Source: Candidatus Nanopelagicales bacterium | GTDB lineage: Bacteria; Actinomycetota; Actinomycetes; JAHEKZ01 | Reading direction: 5' to 3' | Assembly: GCA_038316135.1 (NCBI GenBank) | Contig: JBBQAL010000001.1 | Span: 1,308 to 65,307, forward strand | DNA length: 64,000 nucleotides | Part shown: one piece after another, positions 1-10,135 of the stretch | How positions within the stretch are numbered: position 1 is the stretch's first letter | Layout: every line of letters begins with the position of its first letter | The notes under the pieces: generated by a model | Told to the model about the DNA's origin: nothing | The model's input: the letters and a program-made list of their open reading frames with translations, nothing else | Database searches by the model: none | Made by a program: the position numbers and the translations under genes

Positions 1-1672
1 GGCTGCGGCCCATCCACGTTCCGATGACCACGCCGAAGAACATGACTGCGGCAGTGGCGACCAGAGTCATCGAGAGGGTCACCATCGAGTCCTGCCAAAG
101 GCCAACACTGAAGATGAGAGTGAGGCAGACAGCGGTGGGTAGCAGTGCCTCGGCGGCGCCGAGGTAAGACCCGACTGCAAGCAGTGCGACAACCACCAGC
201 CAGTAGGGGATCCAGGCGACGTCGGGCACCTGGGCGGCGTAGTATCCCGCGGCCAGAACAGCAGCAGCGCACATGGCCGCACCACTGATGACGCGCGTCC
301 GGTCTCCTTGGCCGGCCCCGCCAAGAAGCGCCGCGATCGCCAGGATCGCAAGTGCCACCAGCCACCATGGGGAGTTGGCCATCAAGTCCTCAAGCGGGTT
401 AAGCACCCACACGGTGGCCGTGTTGTTCACCCACTCGGTAAGCGAGCCGGCGGCATCGGTGAATGCTTTGGTCCAGTCGTTGACGCGAGTAGCTATCTGC
501 TGTCCGGTGTCGGACTCGGGAAAGATCGACCAGCGAAGCTTTGAGCGGGAGGCAATAATGCAGCCCAGCGTGACTACAGCCAGCACTCCGAGCACGATCC
601 AGCGTCGTCGTTCGCTGCTACCGGCGCGTGCTGTCATCTCAGCCCGCTGGCCGGCCCGCACCGCCGCGCGATCGAGCAGGATGGCAAGGATGACCAAACA
701 CATGCCGGCCACAAAGGCAACGCCAATGTTCAGGGCATTCAGTGCCCGAACAATCGGGAGCCCAAGGCCGGGCCCGGCGATGAAGGCAGCGATAACTGCC
801 ATGGAAAGCGCCGCCATCACCGTCTGGTTGAGGCCAACGATGATGGTTCGTCGGGACATCGGCAGCTGCACCTTGGCCAACAGCTGACGAGACGTTGATC
901 CCATGGAGGCGGTTGCCTCTACCGTCGTGGGAGAGACCGTGCCCAAGGCGTGCGCCGTAATGCGTACGAGCGGTGGCAGCGCGTAGACCAACGTCACCAT
1001 GACGGCGCCCGCATTCCCAATTCCGAAGAGCAAGGCAAACGGTGCGAGGTACGCAAACGAGGGCATCGTCTGCATGGCATCGAGAACTGGCGTTATGGCC
1101 GCGGACGCTCGGCTGCTTCGGAACATCCAGATCGCGAGAGGGATGCCGAGGAGTACGCAAATAGTGACCGAAACGCCAGTGATGATGAGGGTGTCGATCG
1201 AGTCTTCCCAGTAACCCAGATACCCCACTGCCAAGATGGTGACCAGGCTGAGGATCGCGATGCGGACGCCGCTGAGGGCGTATGCGACGAGAACGACGAG
1301 CGCAACGACACCCAGCCACCCGATTTGGGCGGTATCGAGGGCGCGGTCGGGATCAGAGACGAAAATCTGTTGCAGGGTTGTGACTACCCAGTTGAGTGCG
1401 TCGCTGATCCAGACAAAGGGCTGGAGCAACAAGTTGCCATTGAACTTGGCCTCTTGGACGTTGCGGAAGAGGTCGGACAGCCATTGCTGGAATCCGGTGA
1501 GCTCGGCATTGGGCAGGTCTTGGGTGTTCTGTCCCTGCAGGAACTTCGCAAGGATCGCCCAGACGATGAGAACGATCCCGAGCGCCATCCAACGGCGCCG
1601 GTTCGTCCGTTCCGCTAGGTGTTCTGGAGCCTCATCCATGGGGTGTTCAAGCTCGGCCAGCTCAATCGTCAC
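1..1672 (-). CDS. ABC transporter permease, glycine betaine/choline (ProW/OpuAB) type, two permease domains fused; distal part runs off the window
   Basis: Absent from the ORF track because it is open at the window edge. My minus-strand translation from GTG 1672 to base 1 has no stop codon. That GTG forms a GTGA overlap with the upstream ATPase stop; ATG 1639 is an alternative start. The product begins [28 protein letters not shown]. It has a ProW-like EAA-loop segment ([35 protein letters not shown]), then a second hydrophobic permease repeat ending ...[33 protein letters not shown]. Confidence 0.8.
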   Translation of the reverse strand, partial: MTIELAELEHPMDEAPEHLAERTNRRRWMALGIVLIVWAILAKFLQGQNTQDLPNAELTGFQQWLSDLFRNVQEAKFNGNLLLQPFVWISDALNWVVTTLQQIFVSDPDRALDTAQIGWLGVVALVVLVAYALSGVRIAILSLVTILAVGYLGYWEDSIDTLIITGVSVTICVLLGIPLAIWMFRSSRASAAITPVLDAMQTMPSFAYLAPFALLFGIGNAGAVMVTLVYALPPLVRITAHALGTVSPTTVEATASMGSTSRQLLAKVQLPMSRRTIIVGLNQTVMAALSMAVIAAFIAGPGLGLPIVRALNALNIGVAFVAGMCLVILAILLDRAAVRAGQRAEMTARAGSSERRRWIVLGVLAVVTLGCIIASRSKLRWSIFPESDTGQQIATRVNDWTKAFTDAAGSLTEWVNNTATVWVLNPLEDLMANSPWWLVALAILAIAALLGGAGQGDRTRVISGAAMCAAAVLAAGYYAAQVPDVAWIPYWLVVVALLAVGSYLGAAEALLPTAVCLTLIFSVGLWQDSMVTLSMTLVATAAVMFFGVVIGTWMGRS

Positions 1673-2742
1673 GATGGCGTCTCCTCCGCGACAATGACGC
1701 GCAGGATGTCGTCCTGGTCGACGACTCCGAGCAACTGGCCGTTCTCGACCACTCTTACTGGGTCGGCTGAGTCGATAACCCGACGGGCCGCATCACGCAC
1801 AATGGTGTTCGGCGCCATCTCAGGTCCAGTCATGGATTCATCCACCCGTGGAGGCCGCATCACCCAGCGCAAGTTCAACACATGCGAGCGAGGTACTTCG
1901 CTCACGAAGTCCCGGACGTAGTCATCTGCCGGTGCACCGACGACCTCTGCGGGCGTTCCCATTTGAACCAGCGCACCGTCGCGCATGATCAGGATGCGGT
2001 CACCCAACTTCAGGGCCTCGGCCAGATCGTGGGTGATGAAGACCATCGTCTTGCCCACCTCGTGGTGCAGCCGAATGACCTCGTTCTGCATGTCGCGGCG
2101 GATCAGTGGGTCGAGAGCCGAGAACGGCTCGTCGAAGAGCAGCACCGAAGGATCGACTGCAAGTGCACGCGCCAGGCCGACGCGCTGCTGCATGCCACCC
2201 GAAAGCTGGTCGGGGTAGGCGTTCTCGTTGCCGGACAAGCCAACAAGGTCGACCATTTCCTGCGCCCGCGAGCGGCGCTCGGACTTCGAGACACCCCGAA
2301 CCTCCAACCCGTAGGCGATGTTGTCGATCACCTTGCGGTGCGGGAGCAGCCCGAAGTGTTGGAAGACCATGGACACGTGGTGACGGCGAAGCTCACGTAG
2401 GCGGCTCTCCGACATGGCGACCACGTCTTCACCGTCGATGAGGACGTTGCCAGCTGTCGGTTCGATCAGCCGAGTGAGGCAGCGCACCAGTGTCGACTTA
2501 CCCGATCCCGAGAGTCCCATCACCACGAAGACCTCGCCGGGTGCGACGTCGAAACTCACGTCGCGCACGGCGGCGGTGCAACCGGTCTTGGCGAGCAGCT
2601 CGGAGCGCGAGAGGTCGGCGTCCGGCGAGCCGACAATCTTGTCGGCGCGGGGGCCGAAGACTTTCCAAAGACTGCGAACGTTCAGGGCAGACTGCCCGTC
2701 AGTGGATGCGGCGGTGCCCTGCTCGTCGATCGTCGCCGTCAT
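1669..2742 (-). CDS. proV: Glycine betaine/proline/choline ABC transporter ATP-binding protein (ProV/OpuAA type) with C-terminal CBS-like region
   Basis: 357-aa ORF. Walker [13 protein letters not shown] signature [15 protein letters not shown], Walker [16 protein letters not shown] overlap with betA upstream. Confidence 0.9.
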   Translation of the reverse strand: MTATIDEQGTAASTDGQSALNVRSLWKVFGPRADKIVGSPDADLSRSELLAKTGCTAAVRDVSFDVAPGEVFVVMGLSGSGKSTLVRCLTRLIEPTAGNVLIDGEDVVAMSESRLRELRRHHVSMVFQHFGLLPHRKVIDNIAYGLEVRGVSKSERRSRAQEMVDLVGLSGNENAYPDQLSGGMQQRVGLARALAVDPSVLLFDEPFSALDPLIRRDMQNEVIRLHHEVGKTMVFITHDLAEALKLGDRILIMRDGALVQMGTPAEVVGAPADDYVRDFVSEVPRSHVLNLRWVMRPPRVDESMTGPEMAPNTIVRDAARRVIDSADPVRVVENGQLLGVVDQDDILRVIVAEETPS

Positions 2743-4439
2743 GAGGCAGCTCCTTCGTTACGGGGATCGCCTGGTGGATAGAGCGGGGTGCCCTCGCGGT
2801 AGCGGTAGAACGGGGCGTCCGACGGCGCCAGCGGTGTTTCGCCGTTGATGAGGTCGGCTGCCTTCTCGGCGAGCATCATCACCGGGGCGTAGATGTTTCC
2901 GTTGGTGACGTAGGGGAATGAGCTGGCGTCCACCACGCGTAGGCCTTCGACGTCGTAGACCTTCATGGACGCGGGATCGAGGACGGCGTCGTCGCCGACT
3001 CCCATCTTGGCGGTGCATGAGGGGTGCAGCGCGGTCTCGGCGTCCTTGCGCACCCAGTCGAGAATCTCGTCATCGGTTTCGACGGATGCCCCAGGGGAGA
3101 GCTCCCCATCGTTGAACGGGCCGAACGCAGGCTGGGTCAAGATGCTGCGGGCGACCTGAATGGCCTCGACCCACTCGCGTCGGTCCTGATCGGTGGAGAG
3201 GTAGTTGAACTGCATCGACGGGTGTTCCATCGGGTCGGTGGAGCGGATCTTCACCCAGCCGCGTGCATCGGAGTACATCGGGCCGATGTGCACCTGGTAC
3301 CCGTGGCCCTTGGTCGGTGACGTGCCGTCGTAGCGAATGGCGATGGGTAGGAAGTGGAACATCAGGTTGGGGTAGTCGACCTCGTCGTTGCTGCGCGTGA
3401 AGCCGCCGCCCTCGAAGTGGTTGGTGGCGCCGAGCCCCTTGCGCTGGAAGAGCCACTGGGCTCCGATCCCTGGGCGCTTCCACCAGGCAAGCCCCGGCGC
3501 GATCGAGACAGGCAGCTTGCTCGCGTACTGGATGTAGACCTCGAGGTGGTCCTGCAAGTTCGCCCCGACCCCGGGGAGGTCGGCCACAACTGGGATCCCC
3601 AGCGATTGCAGGTGCTGTGCGTCACCCACTCCGGACAACTGCATGAGCTGGGGAGTGTTGATCGCTCCGCCGCAGAGGATGACCTCACCCGCCTTGACCG
3701 AACGCTTCAGGCGTCCGGCGCGGACGTACTCGACGCCGACGGCGCGCTTGCCTTCGAAGACAACCTTGGTGGCGTGGGCCAGGGTCTCGACGTCGAGGTT
3801 CTTCCGGTCCATGACCGGGTGCAGGTAGGCGCGAGCTGCGCTGAGCCGTCGTCCCTTGTGGATGTTGCGGTCGAACTTGGCGAACCCCTCTTGCCGGTAG
3901 CCGTTGACGTCGTCGGTGAGGGGGTAGCCGGCCTGCTGGGCCGCCTCGAAGAAAGCGCCGAAGAGCGGGTTCGTGGCGGGCCCCCGTTCGAGCACCAGGG
4001 GCCCACTGCCGCCGCGCCACTCGTCAGCGCCGGCAAGGCAGGTCTCCATGCGCTTGAAGTAGGGCAGGCAGTGGGCGAAGTCCCAGTTCTCCATGCCCTT
4101 GTCGGCACCCCAGCGCTCGTAGTCCATGGGGTTGCCGCGCTGGAAGATCATTCCGTTGATGCTGCTGGAGCCACCGAGCACCTTGCCGCGGGCGTGGAAG
4201 ACCCGGCGGTTGTTCATGTGCGGCTCGGGGTCGGTCTCGTAGCGCCAGTCGTAGAACCGGCTGCCGATCGGGAAGGGCAACGCGGCCGGCATGTGGATGA
4301 ACGGATCCCAGATGAAGTCTGGGTGCCCGGCCTCGAGCACAAGAACCGAGGTGCCGGGGTCAGCGCTCAGTCGGTTGGCAAGTGCGGACCCCGCTGACCC
4401 GCCGCCGACGATGACGATGTCGTAGCGCTCATCGCTCAT
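2739..4439 (-). CDS. betA: Choline dehydrogenase (GMC oxidoreductase)
   Basis: 566 aa. N-terminal FAD fold [23 protein letters not shown] signatures [14 protein letters not shown] and HPSCTAKMG. Sits between betB and the betaine-type ABC transporter. Confidence 0.9.
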   Translation of the reverse strand: MSDERYDIVIVGGGSAGSALANRLSADPGTSVLVLEAGHPDFIWDPFIHMPAALPFPIGSRFYDWRYETDPEPHMNNRRVFHARGKVLGGSSSINGMIFQRGNPMDYERWGADKGMENWDFAHCLPYFKRMETCLAGADEWRGGSGPLVLERGPATNPLFGAFFEAAQQAGYPLTDDVNGYRQEGFAKFDRNIHKGRRLSAARAYLHPVMDRKNLDVETLAHATKVVFEGKRAVGVEYVRAGRLKRSVKAGEVILCGGAINTPQLMQLSGVGDAQHLQSLGIPVVADLPGVGANLQDHLEVYIQYASKLPVSIAPGLAWWKRPGIGAQWLFQRKGLGATNHFEGGGFTRSNDEVDYPNLMFHFLPIAIRYDGTSPTKGHGYQVHIGPMYSDARGWVKIRSTDPMEHPSMQFNYLSTDQDRREWVEAIQVARSILTQPAFGPFNDGELSPGASVETDDEILDWVRKDAETALHPSCTAKMGVGDDAVLDPASMKVYDVEGLRVVDASSFPYVTNGNIYAPVMMLAEKAADLINGETPLAPSDAPFYRYREGTPLYPPGDPRNEGAAS

Positions 4440-4476
4440 CTTTGGACTCCATCGTTCGAAGGGGGCGTTCAGTCAT

Positions 4477-5946
4477 TCATTCACTGAACCAGTGCTGAGG
4501 GGCCGGCGCGGTGTTGCGCCAGATGTGCTTGGTCTCTTGGTACTCCGCAAGCCCGTGGTGCCCGAGCTCGCGGCCGAAGCCGGACTGCTTGTAACCGCCC
4601 CATTCGGCCTGCGCCACATATGGGTGGTAGTCGTTGATCCATACGGTGCCAGCGCGAAGCCCGGCTGCCACGCGGTCGGCCTTGGCGGGGTCGCTGGTCC
4701 AGACCGCGCCAGCGAGGCCGTAGTCGGTGTCGTTGGCGAGTCGAAGTGCCTCGGCCTCGTCGGTGAATGTCTCGACGGTGAGCACCGGCCCGAAGGACTC
4801 TTCGCGCACGACCTGCATGTCGGCCGTGCAGCGGTCGAACACCGTCGGTGGGTAGTAGTAACCGTCGGCGAGCTCGGGAGCATCTGGCCTGGCTCCACCG
4901 CAGCGAAGCACCGCTCCCTCGGCGATACCAGCGGCGACGTAGGCCTCGACCTTCGCCCGGTGCCCTTCGGAGGTCAGTGGACCGGTCTCGGCGTTCTCGT
5001 CGAAGGGGCCCCCCATGCGAATCGCAGACGCCCGGCGAACCAGCTCGTCGACGAACTCATCGTGGATCGACTCCTCGATCAGCAGGCGTGCCCCCGCTGA
5101 GCAGACCTGGCCGGAGTGGAGGAACACCGCAGTCAGGGCCATGTCGAGGGCAGCAGCGCGGTCGGCGTCGGCGAAGACGATGTTCGGGTTCTTGCCGCCG
5201 AGCTCGAGCGAGACCTTCTTCACGGTGGGTGCGGCGGCCGCCATGATGATGCGCCCGGTGATGAGTCCACCCGTGAACGAGACCAGATCGACGGCAGGGT
5301 GTGTCGACAGCAGCGCTCCAACGTTGGGGCCGGTGCCGAGCACCAAGTTCGCAACGCCGGGAGGCAGCCCCGCGGCGTCCAGTTCGCGCATCAGCAGGAT
5401 TGCGGTCGAGGGGGTGAGCTCACTCGGCTTGAGGACGAAGGTGTTGCCAGCCGCCAAAGCGGGAGCGACCTTCCACGACGTCTGCAGCAGCGGGTAGTTC
5501 CATGGGGTGATGAGCCCGCAGACACCGACCGGTTCGTGAACGATACGACTCTCGACGTCAGGACGGTCGACTTCGATGGTGCGGACGTCGATCTCGGCGG
5601 CAAGCTTGGCGTAGTAGCGGAACACCGAGGTGATGTCGTCCATATCGTACTCGGCCTCGACCAGCCGCTTCCCGGTGTCGAGGGCTTCGGCCCTGGCGAA
5701 CTCGGCTCGATGACGTTCGAGGGCGTCGGCGACGCGGTCCAGCAGCGCACCGCGGTCAGCGGCAGAGGTGGTCGGCCAGGGGCCGGTGTCGAACGCACTC
5801 CTGGCGGCCGAGATGGCCGCTTCGGTATCTGCACTCGTTCCCTCGTCGACGGTTGTGACGACTGAGCCGTCGGCGGGGCAGCGGATCTCGCGCGTGTTGT
5901 GTTCACGCGCGTCGGTCCATGCTCCGCCGATGAAGAAGTCGGGCAC
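4477..5946 (-). CDS. betB: Betaine-aldehyde dehydrogenase (ALDH family)
   Basis: The track ORF 4477..6510 is over-extended. I place the start at GTG 5946, preceded by GAGAGGAG, giving 489 aa that begin VPDFFIGGAWTD. ALDH motifs VSLELGGKNP and catalytic FLHSGQVCSAG. Confidence 0.88.
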   Translation of the reverse strand: MPDFFIGGAWTDAREHNTREIRCPADGSVVTTVDEGTSADTEAAISAARSAFDTGPWPTTSAADRGALLDRVADALERHRAEFARAEALDTGKRLVEAEYDMDDITSVFRYYAKLAAEIDVRTIEVDRPDVESRIVHEPVGVCGLITPWNYPLLQTSWKVAPALAAGNTFVLKPSELTPSTAILLMRELDAAGLPPGVANLVLGTGPNVGALLSTHPAVDLVSFTGGLITGRIIMAAAAPTVKKVSLELGGKNPNIVFADADRAAALDMALTAVFLHSGQVCSAGARLLIEESIHDEFVDELVRRASAIRMGGPFDENAETGPLTSEGHRAKVEAYVAAGIAEGAVLRCGGARPDAPELADGYYYPPTVFDRCTADMQVVREESFGPVLTVETFTDEAEALRLANDTDYGLAGAVWTSDPAKADRVAAGLRAGTVWINDYHPYVAQAEWGGYKQSGFGRELGHHGLAEYQETKHIWRNTAPAPQHWFSE

Positions 5947-6075
5947 GCGGCTCCTCTCGGTCTGAGTGCCCCTCACCCTGCATTGGGCATCACCTCCCGT
6001 CAATAGAACGTTGCGGTGCCGTGACGTTGGTTCCACACGCTGTCGGCGCCGGAGGATTCGGTCTAATCTCCCTGC

Positions 6076-6519
6076 ATGACCGATCAGCAGCGTGGGTTCG
6101 CCGCTCAGTACTTCAACCAGACCTGGGATTTGATCGACCAGGCGGCGCGCACCCCAGCCGATGACCGCCAGATGTTGACTCTTGCCATGGCCAGTCGGGC
6201 CCTCTGGGACGACATCGGTGCCGATGAGCAGTTGATCACCGGCGATTGGCAGGTGGCCCACGTTGCTGCGCTCACTGGTCACGCCGATTTGTCGCTGGAT
6301 TTTGCCGCAGCCGCCTACGAGCGGGCGTCCAACGCCGATGTCCCGCTTTGGCTGAAGGCATCGACCTGTGAGGGATTGGCCAGGGCACATGCGGCGGCCG
6401 GCCATGAGGCAGAGCGTGACGCCTGGGTGCTGAAGGCTCGAGAGCTGCTTGAGCAGGTTGGCGATGCCGACGACCGTGCCTTGATCGAGGGGCAGTTGGC
6501 CACTGTCCACGGCGCCTGA
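6076..6519 (+). CDS. Hypothetical protein (helical, 147 aa)
   Basis: Clean ORF with ATG start. No motif I can assign. Composition looks coding (MTDQQRGFAAQYFNQTWDLIDQAART...). Confidence 0.6.
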   Translation: MTDQQRGFAAQYFNQTWDLIDQAARTPADDRQMLTLAMASRALWDDIGADEQLITGDWQVAHVAALTGHADLSLDFAAAAYERASNADVPLWLKASTCEGLARAHAAAGHEAERDAWVLKARELLEQVGDADDRALIEGQLATVHGA

Positions 6520-6579
6520 TCCCTGCCGCGGCCGTTCCGGCCGTTGATCAGTTGATCAATGGGTCAGTGGTGCTCTGGT

Positions 6580-7818
6580 TCAGCGTCCCTCGAGTGCGTC
6601 GCGAATGGCGAGCAGTTTCGTCTGCGACTCGGCGAGCTCGTCGGCCGGGTCGGAGCCTTCGACGATGCCGCAGCCGGCGTACATGCGCAGTGAGTGCGCA
6701 TTATCGGGGTCCATCTGAGCGCAGCGCAGAGCAATACCGAACGCCCCGTCACCCCTCGAGTCGATCCAACCGACTGGTCCGGCGTACCGACCGCGGTCCA
6801 TTCCCTCCAGTTCTTGAATCACCGCGCGGGCTCGTCCGGTCGGGGTGCCACAGACTGCCGCCGTCGGATGCAGGGCTGCCGCGAGTTCGAGCACTGACTC
6901 GCCGTTGGCCAGGCGCCCGGTAATGTCGGTCTGCAAGTGCTGGACGTTGGCGAGGCGAACAACCTCCGGTGCTCGGGGCACGACCAGGTCGGAGCAGAAC
7001 GGTCCGAGGTTCTCCGAGACAGATCGCACGGCCAGCTCATGCTCGACGCGGTCCTTGTCGGACGCGAGGAGGTCAGCGGCGTGCTGGGCGTCGACAACGG
7101 CGTCGCTTCCTCGAGGGGTCGTGCCTGCCAGAACCCGTGAGACCACGTGGTCCCCGGTGCGTCGCACCAACAGCTCGGGGGTGGCACCGATCAGGCCGTC
7201 GACGGCGAAGGTCCAACAGCTCGGGTAGGTGTGCGCGAGAGGAGCAAGCAGGGCTCGCGGGTCGAGAGCGTGCTGAGTGCTGGCGACGAGGTCGCGGGCC
7301 AGGACGACCTTTTTGAGGGTTCCGCCGGCGATGCGATCAACGGCTGCGGCCACGGCCATTTCGTATCCGGCAGAGGTGACGGTGCCGTCGCTGTAGCGGA
7401 TCTGACCGGGTGGGCTGACCGGTCCGCGTGGAGACAACGTTGCATCGGCGTCGCCGATCGTGGTGATCCACGAGGCGCCATCCCGGCGTCCAACGATGAC
7501 GTTCGGGACGATCATCACCGAGTTGCCGGGGCCGTCGTCGAAGGTGAACGACCCGAAGGCGACGGGGCCGGTTCCGGGAACGTGCACCTGGTCGTCGATG
7601 TCGAGGGACCGGACCAACTCGCGCCACCACTGCGCCGCACGGGCGAAGCGGTCAGGGCCGGCCACGGTGAGCCGGGCGGCCTCACCCCAGGCAGCGAAAC
7701 CATCGGTGCCGCGGGTCCAGGCGACGAGGGGCTCGTCCGGGAGGGTTTCCAGCAGTGGGCCGGGGTCTGCGATGGGGATGGAGCGCACAACGGTGCGGGT
7801 ACGGGCCGTGGTGCTCAC
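6580..7818 (-). CDS. menF: Isochorismate synthase (menaquinone-specific, MenF type)
   Basis: Chorismate-binding family C-terminal motifs: PTAAVCGTP, GMDRGRYAGPVGW, GCGIVEGSDPADELAE. Start is uncertain (GTG 7818 chosen; the track ORF extends to 7881). Confidence 0.85.
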   Translation of the reverse strand: MSTTARTRTVVRSIPIADPGPLLETLPDEPLVAWTRGTDGFAAWGEAARLTVAGPDRFARAAQWWRELVRSLDIDDQVHVPGTGPVAFGSFTFDDGPGNSVMIVPNVIVGRRDGASWITTIGDADATLSPRGPVSPPGQIRYSDGTVTSAGYEMAVAAAVDRIAGGTLKKVVLARDLVASTQHALDPRALLAPLAHTYPSCWTFAVDGLIGATPELLVRRTGDHVVSRVLAGTTPRGSDAVVDAQHAADLLASDKDRVEHELAVRSVSENLGPFCSDLVVPRAPEVVRLANVQHLQTDITGRLANGESVLELAAALHPTAAVCGTPTGRARAVIQELEGMDRGRYAGPVGWIDSRGDGAFGIALRCAQMDPDNAHSLRMYAGCGIVEGSDPADELAESQTKLLAIRDALEGR

Positions 7819-7917
7819 AAGGCAACAGCCTAGGCCTGGTTCAGCAGGTCGGCCCACCGACCGGCACCCTGAGTCCCCCATGGAGCGCCGCGTCCGCTAT
7901 GACGGCAGACTTCTGCT

Positions 7918-8610
7918 GTGACACGCGCCCACCTCGACAAGCAGCCGATCGATGTGGCTCAGATGTTCGACGATGTCGCCTCGAAGTACGACATCACCAA
8001 CGACGTGCTGTCGCTGGGCCAAGACCGACAGTGGCGCCGAGCCGTGGTCGCAGCCGTTGAACCCCGGCAGGGGGAGCGGATACTCGACCTGGCCGCAGGA
8101 ACCGGGACGTCGTCTGTTCCTTTCCACGAGCGGGGTGCCTTCGTCGTTCCGTGTGACTTCTCGCAGGGCATGCTCGCCGTCGGCAAGCAGCGCCGCCCCG
8201 ACCTCGCGTTCGTCGCTGGAGACGGGCTGAAGTTGCCGTTTGCCGATGCCAGCTTCGATGCTGTGACGATTTCGTTCGGGCTCCGCAACTTGCACGACAC
8301 CGAAGCCGGGCTGGCCGAGTTGCTGAGGGTCACGCGTCCTGGCGGGCATCTGGTGGTCTGCGAGTTCAGCCACCCCACCTGGGCCCCGTTCCGGACGGTT
8401 TACAGCGAATACCTGATGCGGGCACTACCGCCGGTTGCTCGAGCCGTATCCAGCAATCCGGAGGCCTACGTCTACCTTGCTGAGTCGATCAGGGCTTGGC
8501 CCGACCAGCGGGGTCTCGCGGCGCTCGTGCAGCAGGCCGGATGGCATTCGGTCGCCTGGCGGAACCTCTCAGGGGGCATCGTGGCCCTCCACCGCGCCAC
8601 GGCCCCCTAG
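7918..8610 (+). CDS. menG: Demethylmenaquinone methyltransferase (UbiE/MenG family)
   Basis: 230 aa. N-terminus [28 protein letters not shown] motif [10 protein letters not shown]. Confidence 0.9.
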   Translation: MTRAHLDKQPIDVAQMFDDVASKYDITNDVLSLGQDRQWRRAVVAAVEPRQGERILDLAAGTGTSSVPFHERGAFVVPCDFSQGMLAVGKQRRPDLAFVAGDGLKLPFADASFDAVTISFGLRNLHDTEAGLAELLRVTRPGGHLVVCEFSHPTWAPFRTVYSEYLMRALPPVARAVSSNPEAYVYLAESIRAWPDQRGLAALVQQAGWHSVAWRNLSGGIVALHRATAP

Positions 8611-8635
8611 CTGTGGGGCGTCGACCCCCAAAGGG

Positions 8636-9997
8636 CTAGTAGACGCCGCGGAGGGTCTTCATCGCTGACGCGACCACCTCGCGGTCGGTCCAGGTGTTCA
8701 GGTCCCGTCCGGCGTCGCCGACGGTGAAGCCGACCAGCGCCGGGGTTCCGACGACAGCTGAGAGGTCGTACCAGTCGAGGAAGCGGCCCTGCGGCGTGCC
8801 GACCAGCCCCATCACGTGCGCGCCGACGTCCCAGAACTTCCGGTCAAACCGCAAGATGACCTTCTCCATGCATCCAGACCCCATGAGACCGACCGCATTG
8901 CTCACTGCCGCCGGAAGCCCGGGGCGGAAGTCGATGACGCCTGCGCGCACGGCCGAGAGTGGGAGCGCGAGCACCACGCCGTCAGCTTCCAGAGTGCCGC
9001 CGTCGGTGCCCACTTTGATCCGCCTGCTGCGCCAGTCGACGCTGCGCACGGGGCGACCGCGGTGGATCCGCAGTCCCTGAGCCAGCCGTTTGGGCAGCCG
9101 GTCATAGCCGCCAACGACGAAGGCCTCACCGCCGCGAACCCACCGGCCTTGGTCGAACCAGGCGAGGTCGAGCGCGTCGGCGTCGTCGGCGTACTCGTGT
9201 TCGATCTCCCACCCGAGCGTGAAGCGCTCGACATCGTTACGCGGGAAGTTGCGCGCGGCCAGGGCATCAGCCAGAGGTGTCCCTGGGGTGAAGTCCGGAC
9301 GCCGGGCGTCCCGAATGATGCGCCACATGCGGTCGAAGGCATCGTCGACAGCGCCGGCGGAGATCCGCGACCCGTCAGCTCGACGGAAAACAGCCGTGCC
9401 CCACTTCGTCAGGTAGAGGTCGCACCCGACGTCGCGCAGCGGGCCTTTGATCGGGTTGTTGCGAAGCCCGTGCAGCCACGCGGCACCGAGTTCAACCGGT
9501 CTGTTCCACGACCGGTCGGTGAACACCCGGCCGCCGACGCGTCCTCGTGCCTCCACGACCGTGACCGTGTGGCCTTCAGCCTTCAGCCGTTGAGCCGCAG
9601 CCAGGCCGGCAACTCCGGCACCAACGACGACGACGTCCGAGCGACGTCCGATTCGGTTGTCGAGGCGCCTGGCGGCGAGTCGACCAGACTCGTACGCACC
9701 GTGAACCGTTCCTGGGTAGGCCAGGCTCAGGGCCTCGCCGGCGAAGACCAGCCGGTCAGAGATCATCGCGTAGGTCAGGTCGGCCCTGGTGGACCGGCTG
9801 GCGCCGACGGCGAGGGTTGCGTAGGAACCCCGGGCCCATCGGTCGGTCCACCACCGGGTGACGATGGCGTCGCGCGGGTCAGGAACACCACCGGCGGCTG
9901 AGGCGCGAAGAACCGGTCCAGCTGCGACGGCAGCGGAGCTGGCCGCAGCAGCCCCCAGGAACGAGCGTCGGGTCCAGGCCGGTCCTGCTTCAGTCAT
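8636..9997 (-). CDS. Tat-exported flavin-containing amine oxidase family protein with apparently permuted segment order
   Basis: Twin-arginine signal: TRRSFLGAAAASSAAVAAGPVLRASA. The canonical C-terminal FAD segment (TRWWTDRWARGSYA...RLVFAGEA...GTVHGAYESGRLAA) lies at residues ~45-115. The dinucleotide fold (DVVVVGAGVAGLAAAQRLKAEGHTVTVVEARGRVGGR) lies at ~120-155. Confidence 0.8.
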   Translation of the reverse strand: MTEAGPAWTRRSFLGAAAASSAAVAAGPVLRASAAGGVPDPRDAIVTRWWTDRWARGSYATLAVGASRSTRADLTYAMISDRLVFAGEALSLAYPGTVHGAYESGRLAARRLDNRIGRRSDVVVVGAGVAGLAAAQRLKAEGHTVTVVEARGRVGGRVFTDRSWNRPVELGAAWLHGLRNNPIKGPLRDVGCDLYLTKWGTAVFRRADGSRISAGAVDDAFDRMWRIIRDARRPDFTPGTPLADALAARNFPRNDVERFTLGWEIEHEYADDADALDLAWFDQGRWVRGGEAFVVGGYDRLPKRLAQGLRIHRGRPVRSVDWRSRRIKVGTDGGTLEADGVVLALPLSAVRAGVIDFRPGLPAAVSNAVGLMGSGCMEKVILRFDRKFWDVGAHVMGLVGTPQGRFLDWYDLSAVVGTPALVGFTVGDAGRDLNTWTDREVVASAMKTLRGVY

Positions 9998-10084
9998 CGG
10001 ATCTTCCTCCTCTCAGCTCCCGCCGCGAGCGCCACTTGCTTGCATTGTCGGAATCGAAGGGGTGCGAATACACTGGATACGCTC

Positions 10085-10098
10085 GTGAATGCATTCAC
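10085..10098. promoter_or_regulatory. Perfect 14-bp palindrome GTGAATGCATTCAC in a divergent intergenic region (candidate operator)
   Basis: Read directly from the sequence. Lies 38-51 nt upstream of the proposed reductase start and 88 nt from the amine oxidase start. AT-rich relative to its surroundings. Confidence 0.3.
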
Positions 10099-10135
10099 AA
10101 AGTCGATCTCCCTTGCCGCCAGCCGAGGATCCTCC

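Noticed and set aside
3354-4397. 347-aa plus-strand ORF
   Set aside because: Antisense to betA, which has clear GMC oxidoreductase motifs. Shadow frame.
5947-6510. N-terminal 188-aa extension of the betB ORF (track ORF 4477..6510)
   Set aside because: The ALDH homology begins at VPDFFIGGAW, directly after a GAGAGGAG-GTG start at 5946. The extension overlaps the plus-strand gene 6076-6519 and has implausible composition.
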